This document shows, piece after piece, positions 25,833 through 37,770 of a stretch of DNA of 64,000 nt. The notes beneath the pieces are model-generated. The model was not told where the DNA came from, made no database searches, and was given only the letters and a program-made list of their open reading frames with translations. The position numbers and the translations under genes were made by a program. Within the stretch, counting starts at the first letter, position 1; the number at the start of each line of letters is the position of its first letter. The DNA comes from Isurus oxyrinchus (Eukaryota), in NCBI GenBank assembly GCA_026770705.1, contig JANJGN010000009.1, positions 78,802,001 to 78,866,000 of the forward strand. The letters run 5' to 3'.

Positions 25833-28800
25833 ATGTCGAGCATACTTCTGATATCATCTTCACTGCACTGTGACAGTAGCTGTATTTGTTGTGTTAAAAT
25901 GGTGATCGAATGATACGGATGAATGAGACCTGTTTTATCAATGCATTTCTGTATTGATCTGAGTGAATGAAGGTAGCTCCTTCATCTTTTCTCATCAAAT
26001 AGTTTAGAATGCTCATCACATAGTGATTCAGTATAACCATACACATTTCCAGCAATTTCATAACCTCTTGTCAATCTAAATTTTTATTACAAATTATTGT
26101 GTCAGTTTCTTCCAGCATTGTATCTAAACATCAATGTTTGCTGCCAGGTTAATGGAAGTTAGAGTGGGAATCTTTTATGTCGTTGAAGGTGACTGGAGGG
26201 CTGCAACGAGCAAGGAAGCTGCCTCGGATTAAACAGGGAATATACTATGATATCACAGTACGTGAAGCCCATATATGCCTCCATTCTTGAAACACAACGC
26301 CCAATTATAATTATAGCAAGTGAACAGAAAATAGTTAAAACAGGAGTGAATGAGCACAAACAGTAATTTATTCCTACTGAGTTCCCACAACTGTGGTGGA
26401 ACTTTTATCTACGCAATAAATTGTTTCATTAGGTCCTGCCTAGACAGAGGGATAAGGTACCTTGTGTAAAAGGGAGTCCTGTTTTGGAAAGATATTAGCC
26501 TAGATTTCCAAGTAAATATGACTACATCAAGACAATGGATTACATTGGGGCAAGGTAAAAAGAATGGGTTGACTTTTAGAGATACAAATTTAATAATATA
26601 GATCACAAAATTGTCTGAAATAGTATGGTTAATGCATAAAGTTTTAGAAAATTGTCAAAATTCTAGATGTCTTTAAAAGTAATTAGACCTCCAAATATAC
26701 AATCGGTCTACTGAGTTCATATCGATGACCCATAAATGTGTTTTGCAAAATTCTATTCAAGAAATGGTTGGAGCGAGATTTATTTGTTACTTTTCGTATT
26801 TATTGAAGATACAGCTTGTGATCTGCAAATAGCATATGCTTTACCTGTAAGGTAATAGTGTAGCTGTGTGTTCTAATTTCTACATGATGAAGTAGAAGCC
26901 TACTCTGCCATGCACGAGGAAAAGAGCAGTAGTGCCAATACAATATTAGATTCCAGACCAGTTATAGACCACTGAACTCCAAATACAGTCGATGGGGAAT
27001 TCAAATTTAATTCAGCCTATTTCCAGCTTACCTTCTAGAAACATATTTCCTGTTTGCCAAATCAAAGTAATATTACAGTGCCATAGACAACTCTGTCCAT
27101 TCAATCAGAGAAATAATGTTGCATAAATGGTACTTAAATGTTTCTATTCAACTGGGATAATTATAGGTTGAATCCATGTATCATTCAATCACTAGTAAAA
27201 AGCCATGTGATAATCAGTTTAGGCTGATGTATTGTTGCCAGATCCCAGCCATGGGGAGATGAGCATGTGTACATATATTTAAAAATCTATGGCAGTGTCC
27301 TTAAAGAAGAATTTATGTGTATTCCTGAGTACTTTCAATATATAATGTATTCTCCAAGTTAAGGTGAAAAAATCATTTTTTCAAAAACAAACACCTCCCA
27401 CTTCATATGAGATGTTTGTAAATGTCTTTAGAGACACCTTGTATTCAATCTGCACATTCAGTAAGGAGCAACTCCGCAGAGAATATCAACACTACAAACC
27501 TTTAAGTTGAATTTCAATCATTTGTTGTTTTCCCCTCTCAATGCATTACCTAGATGAGATGAATAGTATAGTACTTTTGTACAATGAACTTTAATTTTTA
27601 ATGCAATTTAGCTTGAATCTGAGTTGAAAGATACAAGCCAGTTAATTAGTCCAGATTACACACCAGCTGAAAAAGAAATATAATCAAGCAGCTCAATTTC
27701 CAAATTCACTGATACCAAGAAAAGCAGAAGTATTGGTGTCTGATCTTTGGGCTGATATTTTTGCCAGCCAGTGCTGGCCATGGTAAATTGAAACAATTGA
27801 TACCCATTGAAACCAGGAACAAAATGAAAGTTCTTTAAATTCCTGCCCTTGAGTGTATTGAACTATTGAAATCTCTTGATCTGTTATTTAAAGGTTTTAT
27901 CTTCACTGTTTTTTATCACTGTAGTTCCAGGTGGAACTCAACAGACTTAATAAACTAAAAGAAGGGCCTAATCAAAAAGACCAGTTACAGGAAGTGTTCA
28001 ATGTATTTGATACCGAGGGCAGGTAATTAGATGCCAATCTATGACTCACAATTGTTATGTAATACACTACAATGTATTTTTCAGTCTCTAGGTTATTTCA
28101 TTATCTTATGGTTAAATTTTCCAATTAAAACCAATTTAAATCTGTATTCAAATATCATCATTTGTCATTTCTTTAAAATATTTAGTTCTTGTTTCTGTTA
28201 TTTGGACCTTTTGAGTTATCAGATAAGTCCCTTTTGATAATTGGCTCTTTAAACTTAAGCTCTTTAAGTATCAGAAATTGTGAATCAGGAGGTATATTCT
28301 TGTATTACACTGCAACTTTTATGATATTCACTATCTAGAAGTTTTTTTGTGACATCTGCAGTTAATTATGCAGACAGTTAATTTGGCAAATGGCAATGAG
28401 GTACAGCCAGTTCCAACAATGTCATTTTTTACATGGGACATGAAGTAACTGTTACATTCTGATACATCTTAAATATATACTGTTAAATCTTTTCTTGCAA
28501 GAATTGGATTGTTACAGTATTCTATGATGTTACAGCTGCTGCATGTGTTTCTGCTTGTTAATTGTATTGCTAAACATAGCCCTAGCCCATTCTTCATACT
28601 TTGAGTAACAAAAAAGGGGCTTGTGTTTAACTTTGATATTCAGTAGAGGGAAGCTCTTTAAACTGATTTTTTTTTTAGTGCTCTGTATTTATGATCAGAT
28701 TTTAAAGAACTACACGTTAAAGTTTAAATTATTTATTCATACTAATGACCCATCTAGAAGTAGTATCATTTTGATGCAGTGCTTTAACTGTGAATACTTT

Positions 28801-29600
28801 CCTTTATACTGTACTGTGCACTTGCTATATGAGTCATTGTATTTCGTGTCAGAGTACCGTCAATTGAGCTGCATTTGTAGATATATTTGTTTTCCTTTTA
28901 TATAAGCTATAAATATGGAGCTACCTTGAAATCCCTTTCTAGTTAACAGTAAAATTGCAAGCTTGCAATCCTTATTAAATGCATATTAAATTGTCAAGTT
29001 CAAATAGTTTGGTAACTTCATCTTTGGTAAGGTAATCTCAGCTGTTGTTTAAAACAAGCACCAATAATTACTCTTGCGAGACTAGGACTTCCTAGAAATT
29101 AATCTCTTAGAAGTGCTAAAGCTTATTTAAATATTATGTTTTATAAAAATGTAGATAATGTTCTGCTTTGGGTTTAAGAAGCAGCCTTTTAAAAATATCT
29201 CTATCAACTTGTTCTTAAGGTGTCTAAACAGATGCTGCATGTCTGCTCAGGACAAAAGCTGGTTAAAATAGCTGAATCATCTTCTGTGGATGGACGTGAC
29301 GGTGTATTTTGAACTTGACATCATTATTAATCATCCAAAAATCTAATGGCAACCCCAAACAAAACTTTTATTTTTTAAAATTTGTATTACCTATATGAAT
29401 TGTTCATAGTATCTCGCATGGTGTACGCAGAAGGTTTGCTTCAACCTACAACAAAGCAATTAATTGAGACTAAAATGGTCACAAAGCCAAGTTTTGGCGT
29501 AGCATTTGGCACTTGCTTCTGATTGCTGAAGCAGATTGCTTTTGCCATGTTCTCTCCTCAACAAGTTAAAATTGTAATAAAAATGAAGTGATGGAAATAC
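25833..29600 (+). other. OCRL: Probable long OCRL 3' UTR, candidate poly(A) signal AATAAA 29576-29581
   Basis: AT-rich stretch with no recognisable TE, running from the stop codon to an AATAAA that directly precedes repeats. Other AATAAA near 26415 and 27949. Confidence 0.5.
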
Positions 29601-29965
29601 TTAGGTCTGGCAGCATCTGTGGAGCGAGAAACTAAGTTAAGGTTTCAATTCAAATATGACTGTTTTTAAAAACTGAATGAAGGTAGCATTTGTCCAGAGT
29701 GAATGTAAATAGAAGAATGAACAGCTTTTTCCAAAAGCAAAAACACAAAAAATTGGACACTTTGTCACTTAATCTCTCCCACATTCCACCCTATCCCAGA
29801 CCTTCCAATCTGTTCTTCCTTCCCTTCCCTCGCTTTCAATGGTATAAAACTATTTCTACTCTCCAGTTCTGAAGAAGATTCATATTTGACTTGAAAAATG
29901 AAGTCTTTCTCTCCATAGATGCTGTCAGACTTGCTGAGTATTTCCAGCACTTTATTTTTATTGTG
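29593..29965. mobile_element. Older PLE pLTR inverted pair
   Basis: gtctggcagcatctgtggag (29605) is mirrored by ctccatagatgctgtcagac (~29911). Decayed hammerhead AGTT-CTGAAGA at 29865. Confidence 0.7.
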
Positions 29966-30701
29966 GGTGCTGGAAATCTGATTTTTTTTTTTTTTTTTGC
30001 TTTTATTTCAGTTAAAATTGCAATTTTCAGTTCATCCAAGAACTATACATATGCATTTGAAAGGGAAATCTGGATGGCCAAATTGCAGGCCTATGCCAAA
30101 TATCCTCATTTTGACACTAAGATGCTTTGTACTACTATGCCAGATCATCTTTCTCCGTTTTCCCATCCTGTTTAGGAGAGACACTGCAGCCTCTGCTCGG
30201 CTTAGAACTAAGCAGGGTGGAGAAGCAAATCTACACACTACTTGGCATTGAGCTTTACAGCTCTCATACTGAACATCACTGCAGACAGGCTTCAGTACTT
30301 TGTCATAAATTGTTGTGGAGGGCACTGTTCAGTCCTAGTTGTTAGTCAAATGCATGATATTTAATACTGTTTCAAATTTGTTTTGAAATTTACTGAAATG
30401 TTATATGCAGTTCCACTGTCTCTCACTGAACTGCTTCCATTTGTTTTTTAGTCACTTATGCAGAAGATGGAACTTGCCTTTACTCCATGCATTGCTCTAT
30501 GTTCATAGTTCAAATCCCAGTCCAGGACATGAGCACAAAGATCAAGGCTGGCACTTCACTGCAGTACTATACGAGCATTGCGCTGTTCAAGATGCCATCT
30601 TTCAGATGAGACTTTAAACTGAGGCCACATCTGCCTGCTTGGGTGGATGTAAAAGATCTCGTGAAATTACTTCAAAGAAGAGCAGTAGAATTATTCCCAG
30701 T

Positions 30702-30939
30702 CAAAAACAGAATTACCTGGAAAAACTCAGCAAGTCTGGCAGCATCGGCGAAGAAGAAAAGAGTTGACGTTTCGAGTCCTCATGACCCTTCAACAGAACT
30801 TCTGTTGAAGGGTCATGAGGACTCGAAACGTCAACTCTTTTCTTCTCCACCGATGCTGCCAAACCTGCTAAGTTTTTCCAGATAATTCTGTTTTTGTTTC
30901 GGATTTCCAGCATCCGCAGTTTTTTGTTTTTATCTCAAG
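30702..30939. mobile_element. PLE pLTR palindrome (two ~97-nt arms around 30799)
   Basis: Near-perfect inverted repeat; 11-bp duplication ttattcccagt at 30691-30701 and 30940-30950. Confidence 0.88.
30762..30800 (-). ncRNA. Minimal hammerhead ribozyme motif (PLE type, variant core CUGUUGA)
   Basis: AGUU-CUGUUGA-A-GGGUC-augag-GACUC-GAAAC-GUC-AACU, giving stem I AGUU/AACU, stem II, the GAAA core and an ACGU palindromic stem III. Confidence 0.65.
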
Positions 30940-31857
30940 TTATTCCCAGTGTCTGGCCAAAATCTATCCCTTAACAATAATTTGTTTTTGTGAAGTTGAT
31001 TATCACATTGCTATTTGTAGGGGGTCGAGTGGAGATGAGTTGCTGCATTTCCAACAGTGGCTGCGCTTCAATAAGTACTTCATTGGCTGTAAAGCACTTT
31101 AAGACATCCAGTGGTTGTGAGAAGAGCTTTATAAACACAAGTCTTTCTTTTCTCTCTAGTTTCATAGTACTAACTCATCTTGCAGTGAATGCACACCCTA
31201 AGCGTAAAAAGAAATAGATTTATGAATAAGGTTGATGGGATAGGGCATGAGATGGAGATCCCTTTGGTTGATTGAGCTAATGCAAATAATGAAACCTACA
31301 CTAAATGTACAGGTTCCATCATCCTACTAAATTGCAAAGAAAAACCTTTCATTTCAATCATGGAGGAAGAGAAGAATTGTTTTTAGAATTTTTTTCTCAT
31401 TTATTTCATGCCATTTAGAGTCTCTCACAAATAAAGAAAATCAACTTTCAGGCCAATATTTTCACCAACCAAATTTATCAGGTGAAAGAAACTGGGAAGT
31501 GGGGAGGAAATTTGGACTGTGCAGTATCCGTTTTTAAGTGCTACCCGGCCACATCATAGTCAAAAGCTAGGTCCAAGATGGAGATACACAGGATGCCATC
31601 GTGCCATTGTGGTAAAGGGATTTGGATATGCAAACTTAATGACTGATGGCAACGTGGCAACTTGTGTGAATATGTGCGTTAACAACAATGCTGCCATTTT
31701 CGAACTGTGTGTTCCAACCAATGCTCTGTCTTAACCTTACACAGCTGAACACAACATTAAACAGAATGAATGAACCTCATCAATGCTATTTAGAAGAATC
31801 ATGAACAACTTAGGTTCACCCCTTGATTATTTCTTTATGGTGCTGGTATAATTGTAT

Positions 31858-32469
31858 GGGCAGAATTTTGCCTTTGGCGGGCGGGCTCAGCGGGGGTGGT
31901 CGGGAAGCTGACTGCCACCCGCAAAAGGGGCCAGACTGCGATTTCACGCTGGCGGGTCAATTAGGCCTGCCCAGCGTGAAACATGAACAACCTCCCTCAG
32001 CACTGCCTGGGGGCGGGTCGGGGGTGGGCGAGCACGAACCTTGTGCATGAAAATCTCCCTGAGACACAGGGAGATGAAGTGTTTTTTAAAAAATAAAGAT
32101 TTGAATAATATCCCCTCGTATGACTCTGTTATGTGAGCAGTGACATATTATTAATTACATTTTAAAACGTTTTCTTTAATTTTACTTGCTTTTGGAAACC
32201 TCGTCCCGCCCGTGGATGAGGTTTCCAAAAAAATGCAAAGGCCTCTTGGCCTTTTCACCTGCCCACCAACCACAAGGTTGCACAGGCAGTGACAAATTTA
32301 AGTTAATTAATTGTTTAATGGTCTTAATAGGCCTTTTAATTGTTGGCGGGCATGTTGCTGCCTCTGGCACGCACCCGCCAACCTAACTATCGTGCACACT
32401 CAAACACACGTCACTTCATGTTCGAGCAGGTCAGGCACACACCCATCTGCCGAGCTAAAAATTTTGCCC
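31858..32469. mobile_element. Harbinger-type MITE
   Basis: GGGCAGAATTTT...AAAATTTTGCCC termini; homologous to the other copies. Confidence 0.8.
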
Positions 32470-32679
32470 CTTTTTTGGAGCTTTCCTATATTTGGCTGAA
32501 GTTTGAATAGTCTTGAGGGATTGGGTCTGACTGGTGGTGAAATATTTTTCTGATCATTTAAAATCTTGTGCAGAAACAAGTTGTTCCCAGACTTGGGTGA
32601 CTTGGCAGGGTTTTCTCTAGGAATTAGACTTGACTGGGAGAAAGAAGAGAGGCCATGCAGAGCAGAGCAAGTTGCCAGA

Positions 32680-32895
32680 GAGGAGGACTAGGGAGAAGGG
32701 TTCTTAGCAGGAGGCCATATCTTTAGATGGTCTTGAAATAGCAATTTGCTTTCCTCAACTTCAATGAGGACCAATGCATGAAATGTCTTCATAAAAGAGA
32801 CCATTGCTGAATTCTGCCAACTGCTGGACCCACATCTGCACTCAAAGCAGGGGAAGCTGACCGGGGCTCTTTTTTACCATCTGGCTCCTTCCAAG
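32680..32895 (+). pseudogene. Harbinger (HARBI1/DDE_Tnp_4-like) transposase N-terminal remnant
   Basis: Fragments VLSRRPY, QFAFLNFNEDQCMKCL, KETIAEFCQLLDPHL and SGSFQ across frameshifts. Confidence 0.65.
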
Positions 32896-35619
32896 ATAAA
32901 AAGCAATTTTTAAAGACCCAATCAGAAGTTAATAAAACTACTCTTAGTTGACCATGCTAAATGAAATAACTTTTACTGGGACAGGCCATATTCCTGTAAT
33001 GCCTCATACCAAATATATTATCTTGGAGTATTGTTAAAATCTCTGCTACTAAAACCTGGAGCAGTTCAAATTAATGGTTTTCCTTCCAGATTAAATACTC
33101 TGTCGGGCCTGTAATGAATTACCCACAATTAAGTTACTTAAATGTTAATTGTACTGTGGAGGATTCATAGCAGTGAATAACACACCAACGCACTTCATAA
33201 TACACAAAGTAAAATTCCTTGTCATATTCATGGAATTCATCCAGCTCTTATTGTGAGAGGAAGGTATACAATTAAATTTTACCTAACAGTGAACATGATT
33301 TTTCTTTGTTTTTGATTAAAACCCATTCATTCTATATGTAGTTCAGTATATTAGCGTCATGTCATACAGAATGAAAAAAGGATGATAAAATTATTTGAAT
33401 TTTAGAGGGAACAAAAGAAAACAGTGAACACATCTGACTTAATACTTCTTTCAATTAAATTGTGTGTAGAACTTGCAATGCCACAATGTCTGCAAATGAG
33501 TCCTGAAAATGCCTATATATACTGTGTGAAGTACTGTTTCCTGCTCAGACACTGGAATTCTGTATCGAACAATTGTGAAGGCAATAAAGATGCTCATTTG
33601 TGACTGGAAGACACTAATTGATGCAACAAATCACCTGACATCATTATTGTGTATGTTCTGCCTCCTGATGTTTGTTGCATTTCATAACTCCTGATTTTGC
33701 CAAATAGGTTTGTTTCAGGAACAGTAACCAAGGGTAAACATGGGGTAGTGTTGTATTATATTCCAAAATGATTTATGACAATATTGTTCCTGTGTGTGTA
33801 CCTCTGTTTCTCTACCATGCCACATCAATCACGGCTGCCCCACAGTCAGTGCAGCAAACTAATTTCATTCTGCCACAGGAAGATATCTGAAAAATATATT
33901 TGATGTAAGCTCCTGTATCTGTGTTTAAAAAGTGTGATTATTTCAAACTTCTGGGAACCACATGATGAAATCTTATTGCACTCACAGTAACTTAACGGTG
34001 GTCAAATTTATATTAAGTGGGGTGGCAGCAGTTGCTCTGGGCAATCTGAATCGGTACTAGGCGCAAAGCATTACAAGGCTGTAACCATGTGCAATTAGTT
34101 CAAACTTCAGATATGTCACAAAACTCTGGGTTTTTTTTCATGCTAATCTGAAAAGCAATTCAAGGTTTTGAAAAAAAAGACTTCATTGGCTCAGGTAACT
34201 CTGGTTATATGTCAAATGTGCGCAACATATTTTTTCAATTGCTTACAGCAGCCGTTGTGATATTACTCAGCATCTCCAGATCAAAAAAAACACGGAGGCT
34301 GAATGAAGCAAATGTGCAACTCCAGATAAGTACTTGGGATTTTTTTGAGAAGCAAAACACAGAAGCTAATCAAATACGTGTTAATCAGCGACTGTTTGCT
34401 TACCATAGGGTGGGCATTGGACACACTTCCAGACCTAATGATTGTACCTCTCATTTGATTTAAAAAAAAGTTAACCAACTCAAGTTTTCATCTGCGTGCA
34501 CAATATCTGAGAAAATAATTTGCAACGTCTTGGCTCTCAACGTACTGTCTCTAGCATTAAAAACTATTTTGTTTGTGTAATGAATTTTGACCTGGACTAT
34601 ACTGCTTTCTATGACAAACGGCTGAAAAGACAAGCAGACCTTTAAAAAAAAATTACTTCAAGCTGGAAATAGAGACCACGAGAAACGTCGCACTGTAGAA
34701 GTTAGCAAGTTGAGAACAGGACAGACTCTTCTAAAGAGATGTAACTTTAATTTTAAATATAAACTTACATTTTTTGCACTTAAAGTTATAATAACAGTAT
34801 TTCTTTTTAATGGGGGCTCAGTGAACTTGATCTTATTTTGAATGCTTGTACGGCATCGTTCTGATTGATCGCCCTTGAACTCACGAATACGAATAACTTT
34901 ACCACATGTTCCATTCAACAAAGGAATTATGTTCACTCTACGCGTAAGACTTAACAATGCCATCCTACCCACAGCCCTATGAGGGAGGCTCCAAGTTCTG
35001 GCACAATAAAGCAACCTGATTGATCATGGTGGAATTCCATAGTCACAGTAGTTTTGGAAATTGTGTTTTGGGAAGAGGACAAGTATCCAATTTGTACAGA
35101 AGCTGGCTGAATGCTATTTATAAAGTTACAAAGCACCTCCAGAAAGCAAATACAATGCATAGTCTCCTCAACCTCCCAGTTATGATCATCATCATCAGTT
35201 TTATTTCATTATAGAAGATGGTTGTTTCTTGAGTACATCTGTTATGAGTTCTAAAGTATTTGTGGAGCCCAATTACAGACCTGCATGGCTTTCCGCAGTG
35301 CGGGCAAGCATAAACTGTTTGAATTTGTTGGGACTGTCTGGTCTTTCTAGCTTGCCTTTTGTCCTTAGCTGCCTGTATTTGCTGTTCAAAGGAAACAGTG
35401 CCATTCCTTGAGATCGCTCTCCAGGTACTTCTTTCTTGTGCATTTTCTCTGCCACATTTCCTGAGGCTCTCTTTCAAGGAGCCCTTGAATCTTAATTTCG
35501 ACCTACCTATCGCGGTGTCCAAGTTTAAGTTGTGAGTACATGACTATCTTAGGGATTTTATCGTCAGTCATAGGTTCCAAATGGCTAATCCATCTGAATG
35601 GGCTCTAAAGATGAGTGAA

Positions 35620-35885
35620 ACAAAGAAAATGCTGGAAAAACTCAGCAGATCTGACAGCATCTGTGGAGAGAGAAACAGAGTTGTTTCAAGTCCATCTGAG
35701 CCTTCTTCAGAGCTACAGAGAAATAGAAATGTGATGAAACTTATACTGTTTAAGGTGGGTGGAGCAGGTGAAGCTGGATATCACTGGCGATAGGTGGGGA
35801 CAAAGGAGAGATTGACAAAGATGTCTTGAACAAAAGGATAAAGGGAGTGTTGATGGTAGCAGTAAGGGCTAAAAAAGAAGTGCTG
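35620..35885 (-). mobile_element. PLE pLTR fragment
   Basis: aaaatgctggaaaaactcagcagatctgacagcatctgtggag... with a decayed CUGAAGA hammerhead on the reverse strand. Confidence 0.75.
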
Positions 35886-36036
35886 ACCTAAAGATGAGTG
35901 CTTCAATTCCAGACGTTTCTGCTTTTTGAAGTACCTCAGTTTTGGGCACATTGTCCTCCCATTTGATGTCCATGGTGTTCCAAATCTCATAGGAAACCTG
36001 TCCAACTGCTTAATATTTCTAGAGTAGGTAGTCCAT

Positions 36037-36677
36037 TGCCAGAATTTTACCTTTGGCATACGAGTGCGCACCCGACATGCCCGCGTCCTGACATCGCGCA
36101 CTCTCGCGATATTTCGTTTGGTGGGCATGTGCTAGAGTCAGCTGTGTGCCTGCCAGTAATTGAAAAACCCATTAAGGCCATTAACTAGGTAATTAACTTG
36201 AAATTTATGCTGCCTGTCCAACCTAATGGTTGGCGGGCAGGCGAAAGGGCCAAACGGCCTTCACATTTTTTAGGAAACCTCATCCACGAGCGGCATGAGG
36301 TTTCCTAAAGCTAATACAAATTAAATAAAAACTTGATTTTGAATTTAAAAACATGTCCCATTTCATTTGACACAATCACATGAAGGGACATGTTTCATTA
36401 AATTTTTATTGTCTTAATTTTTTTTTAAAGTGCTTCAATCTCCCTGAGGCAGCTCCGTGCCTCTGAGATTGAAGTGCTCTTTTGCACGCATGTGGGAACT
36501 GCGCGCCAGGCCCACTCTCCCCCTCCCCCCACCCGCACAAGTAGCAATGAGCACTGCTGCTCGTGATCCAAGCAGGGCGGGCCTTAATTGACCCACCTGT
36601 GTAAAATCACTGTGCAGAGCCAATCATGGGTAGCAATTGGCTTCTCGACCGTTCCCGACGAGGGAAAAGTTCTGGCC
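36037..36677. mobile_element. Harbinger-type MITE
   Basis: TGCCAGAATTTT...AAAAGTTCTGGCC with CAT duplicated on both sides; interrupts the RTE reading frame. Confidence 0.82.
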
Positions 36678-37419
36678 CATGCCTCACAGGCATACATAAG
36701 GTGGGTGGAGCAGGTGAAGCTGGATAGAAGGCCAGCAATAGGCAGGGGCAAAGGAGAGGTTGACAAGGATGTCATGAACAAAAGGACAAAGGAAGTGTTG
36801 AAGGTAGTGGTAAGGGCTAAAAAAAAGTGCTGACTTAAAGATGAGTGCTTCAATTCTAGACATTTCTGCTTTTTGAAGTACCTCAGTTTTGGGCAGTTTG
36901 TCCTCCCATTTGATGTCACACAGCTTTGTACACAGCAATACACACCAATTATGATCCACTTATCCTAATATGGGTAAGTTTTTGCGTTCCTTCCTACTTG
37001 CACCACATCCTTGCTGTCAACAAGAGAATCTTCTATAACTAATACAAATTGAGGTAGCAAGAAAAATGATTTATTCTGATAAATCATGCATCCCTGATGC
37101 CAAATGAGGGAGAAGATTTCAAACCCTTGTTTGTCGGAATTTGGCTGGTATGACAAAGCAGCCCCTACCATAAACCAAATTCCAAACTCTTGTAATGTGC
37201 TTACCAGAACAGGTTGATCTGAATTGTAGGGTAGTAAAAATGGCTTCGCTCAGTAATGTGTTTTATACAGTGTCCACTTGAATTTTTTTTCGTGTTAAGG
37301 GTTGGCTGAGATATTAAATATATATAAATTAATATTTTAAGGGCATAATTCTATTCCCTGAATGTCTGTAATTCAATTTTCAAGAAGTTCACAAAGTCCT
37401 TAGACAGCAGTTGTAACTA

Positions 37420-37770
37420 GGGGAGACATTGGTGTATTGGTATTATCACTGGCAGATAATTCTCTGGGGATCTGGGTTCAAATCCCACCATAGGAGACAA
37501 TGAAATTTGAATTCAGTAATTAAAAATCTAGAGTTAAAAGTCTAAGGATGACCATGAAGCCATTTTGTTGATTGTCATAAAAACCCATGTGGTTCACTAA
37601 TGTCCTCTGAGCTATCCTTACCTCGTCTGGCCTACATGTGACTCGAATTTAGCTCTAAATTGCCTTCTGAAATGGCGCACAGAGCTATTCCTGCCAGCGA
37701 TCCTCTCTCTCTCTCTCCCCGCACCCCACGACCCCGCCCCCCCCACCCCCCATCCCGTGAATGAATAAAA
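37420..37770 (+). mobile_element. tRNA-derived SINE
   Basis: A-box-like tggtgtattgg, B-box ggttcaaatcc, tail catcccgtgaatgaataaaaa shared with the LINE family at 59592-60378. Confidence 0.75.

Larger units (their letters stand above)
30490..31155 (+). mobile_element. Deu-domain SINE interrupted by a PLE hairpin
   Basis: Deu-core-like ctttcagatgagactttaaactgaggcc...ggtggatgtaaaagatc; tail aagtacttcattggctgtaaagcacttt...caagtctttctttt. Confidence 0.75.
35181..36960 (-). mobile_element. RTE-clade LINE 3' fragment with nested PLE piece, MITE and internal duplication
   Basis: Peptides YACEAW-TTYSRNIKQLDRF, CDIKWEDKLPKTEVLQKA, GRSKLRFKGSLKESLRKC and a C-terminal zinc-finger-like CPHCGKPCRSVIGLHKYFRTH; (atg)n tail at 35181-35198. 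Confidence 0.8.

Noticed and set aside
30703-30895. Hairpin as a miRNA precursor or a DNA-transposon MITE
   Set aside because: The arms match the PLE pLTR seen attached to a GIY-YIG ORF end at 56149-56926.
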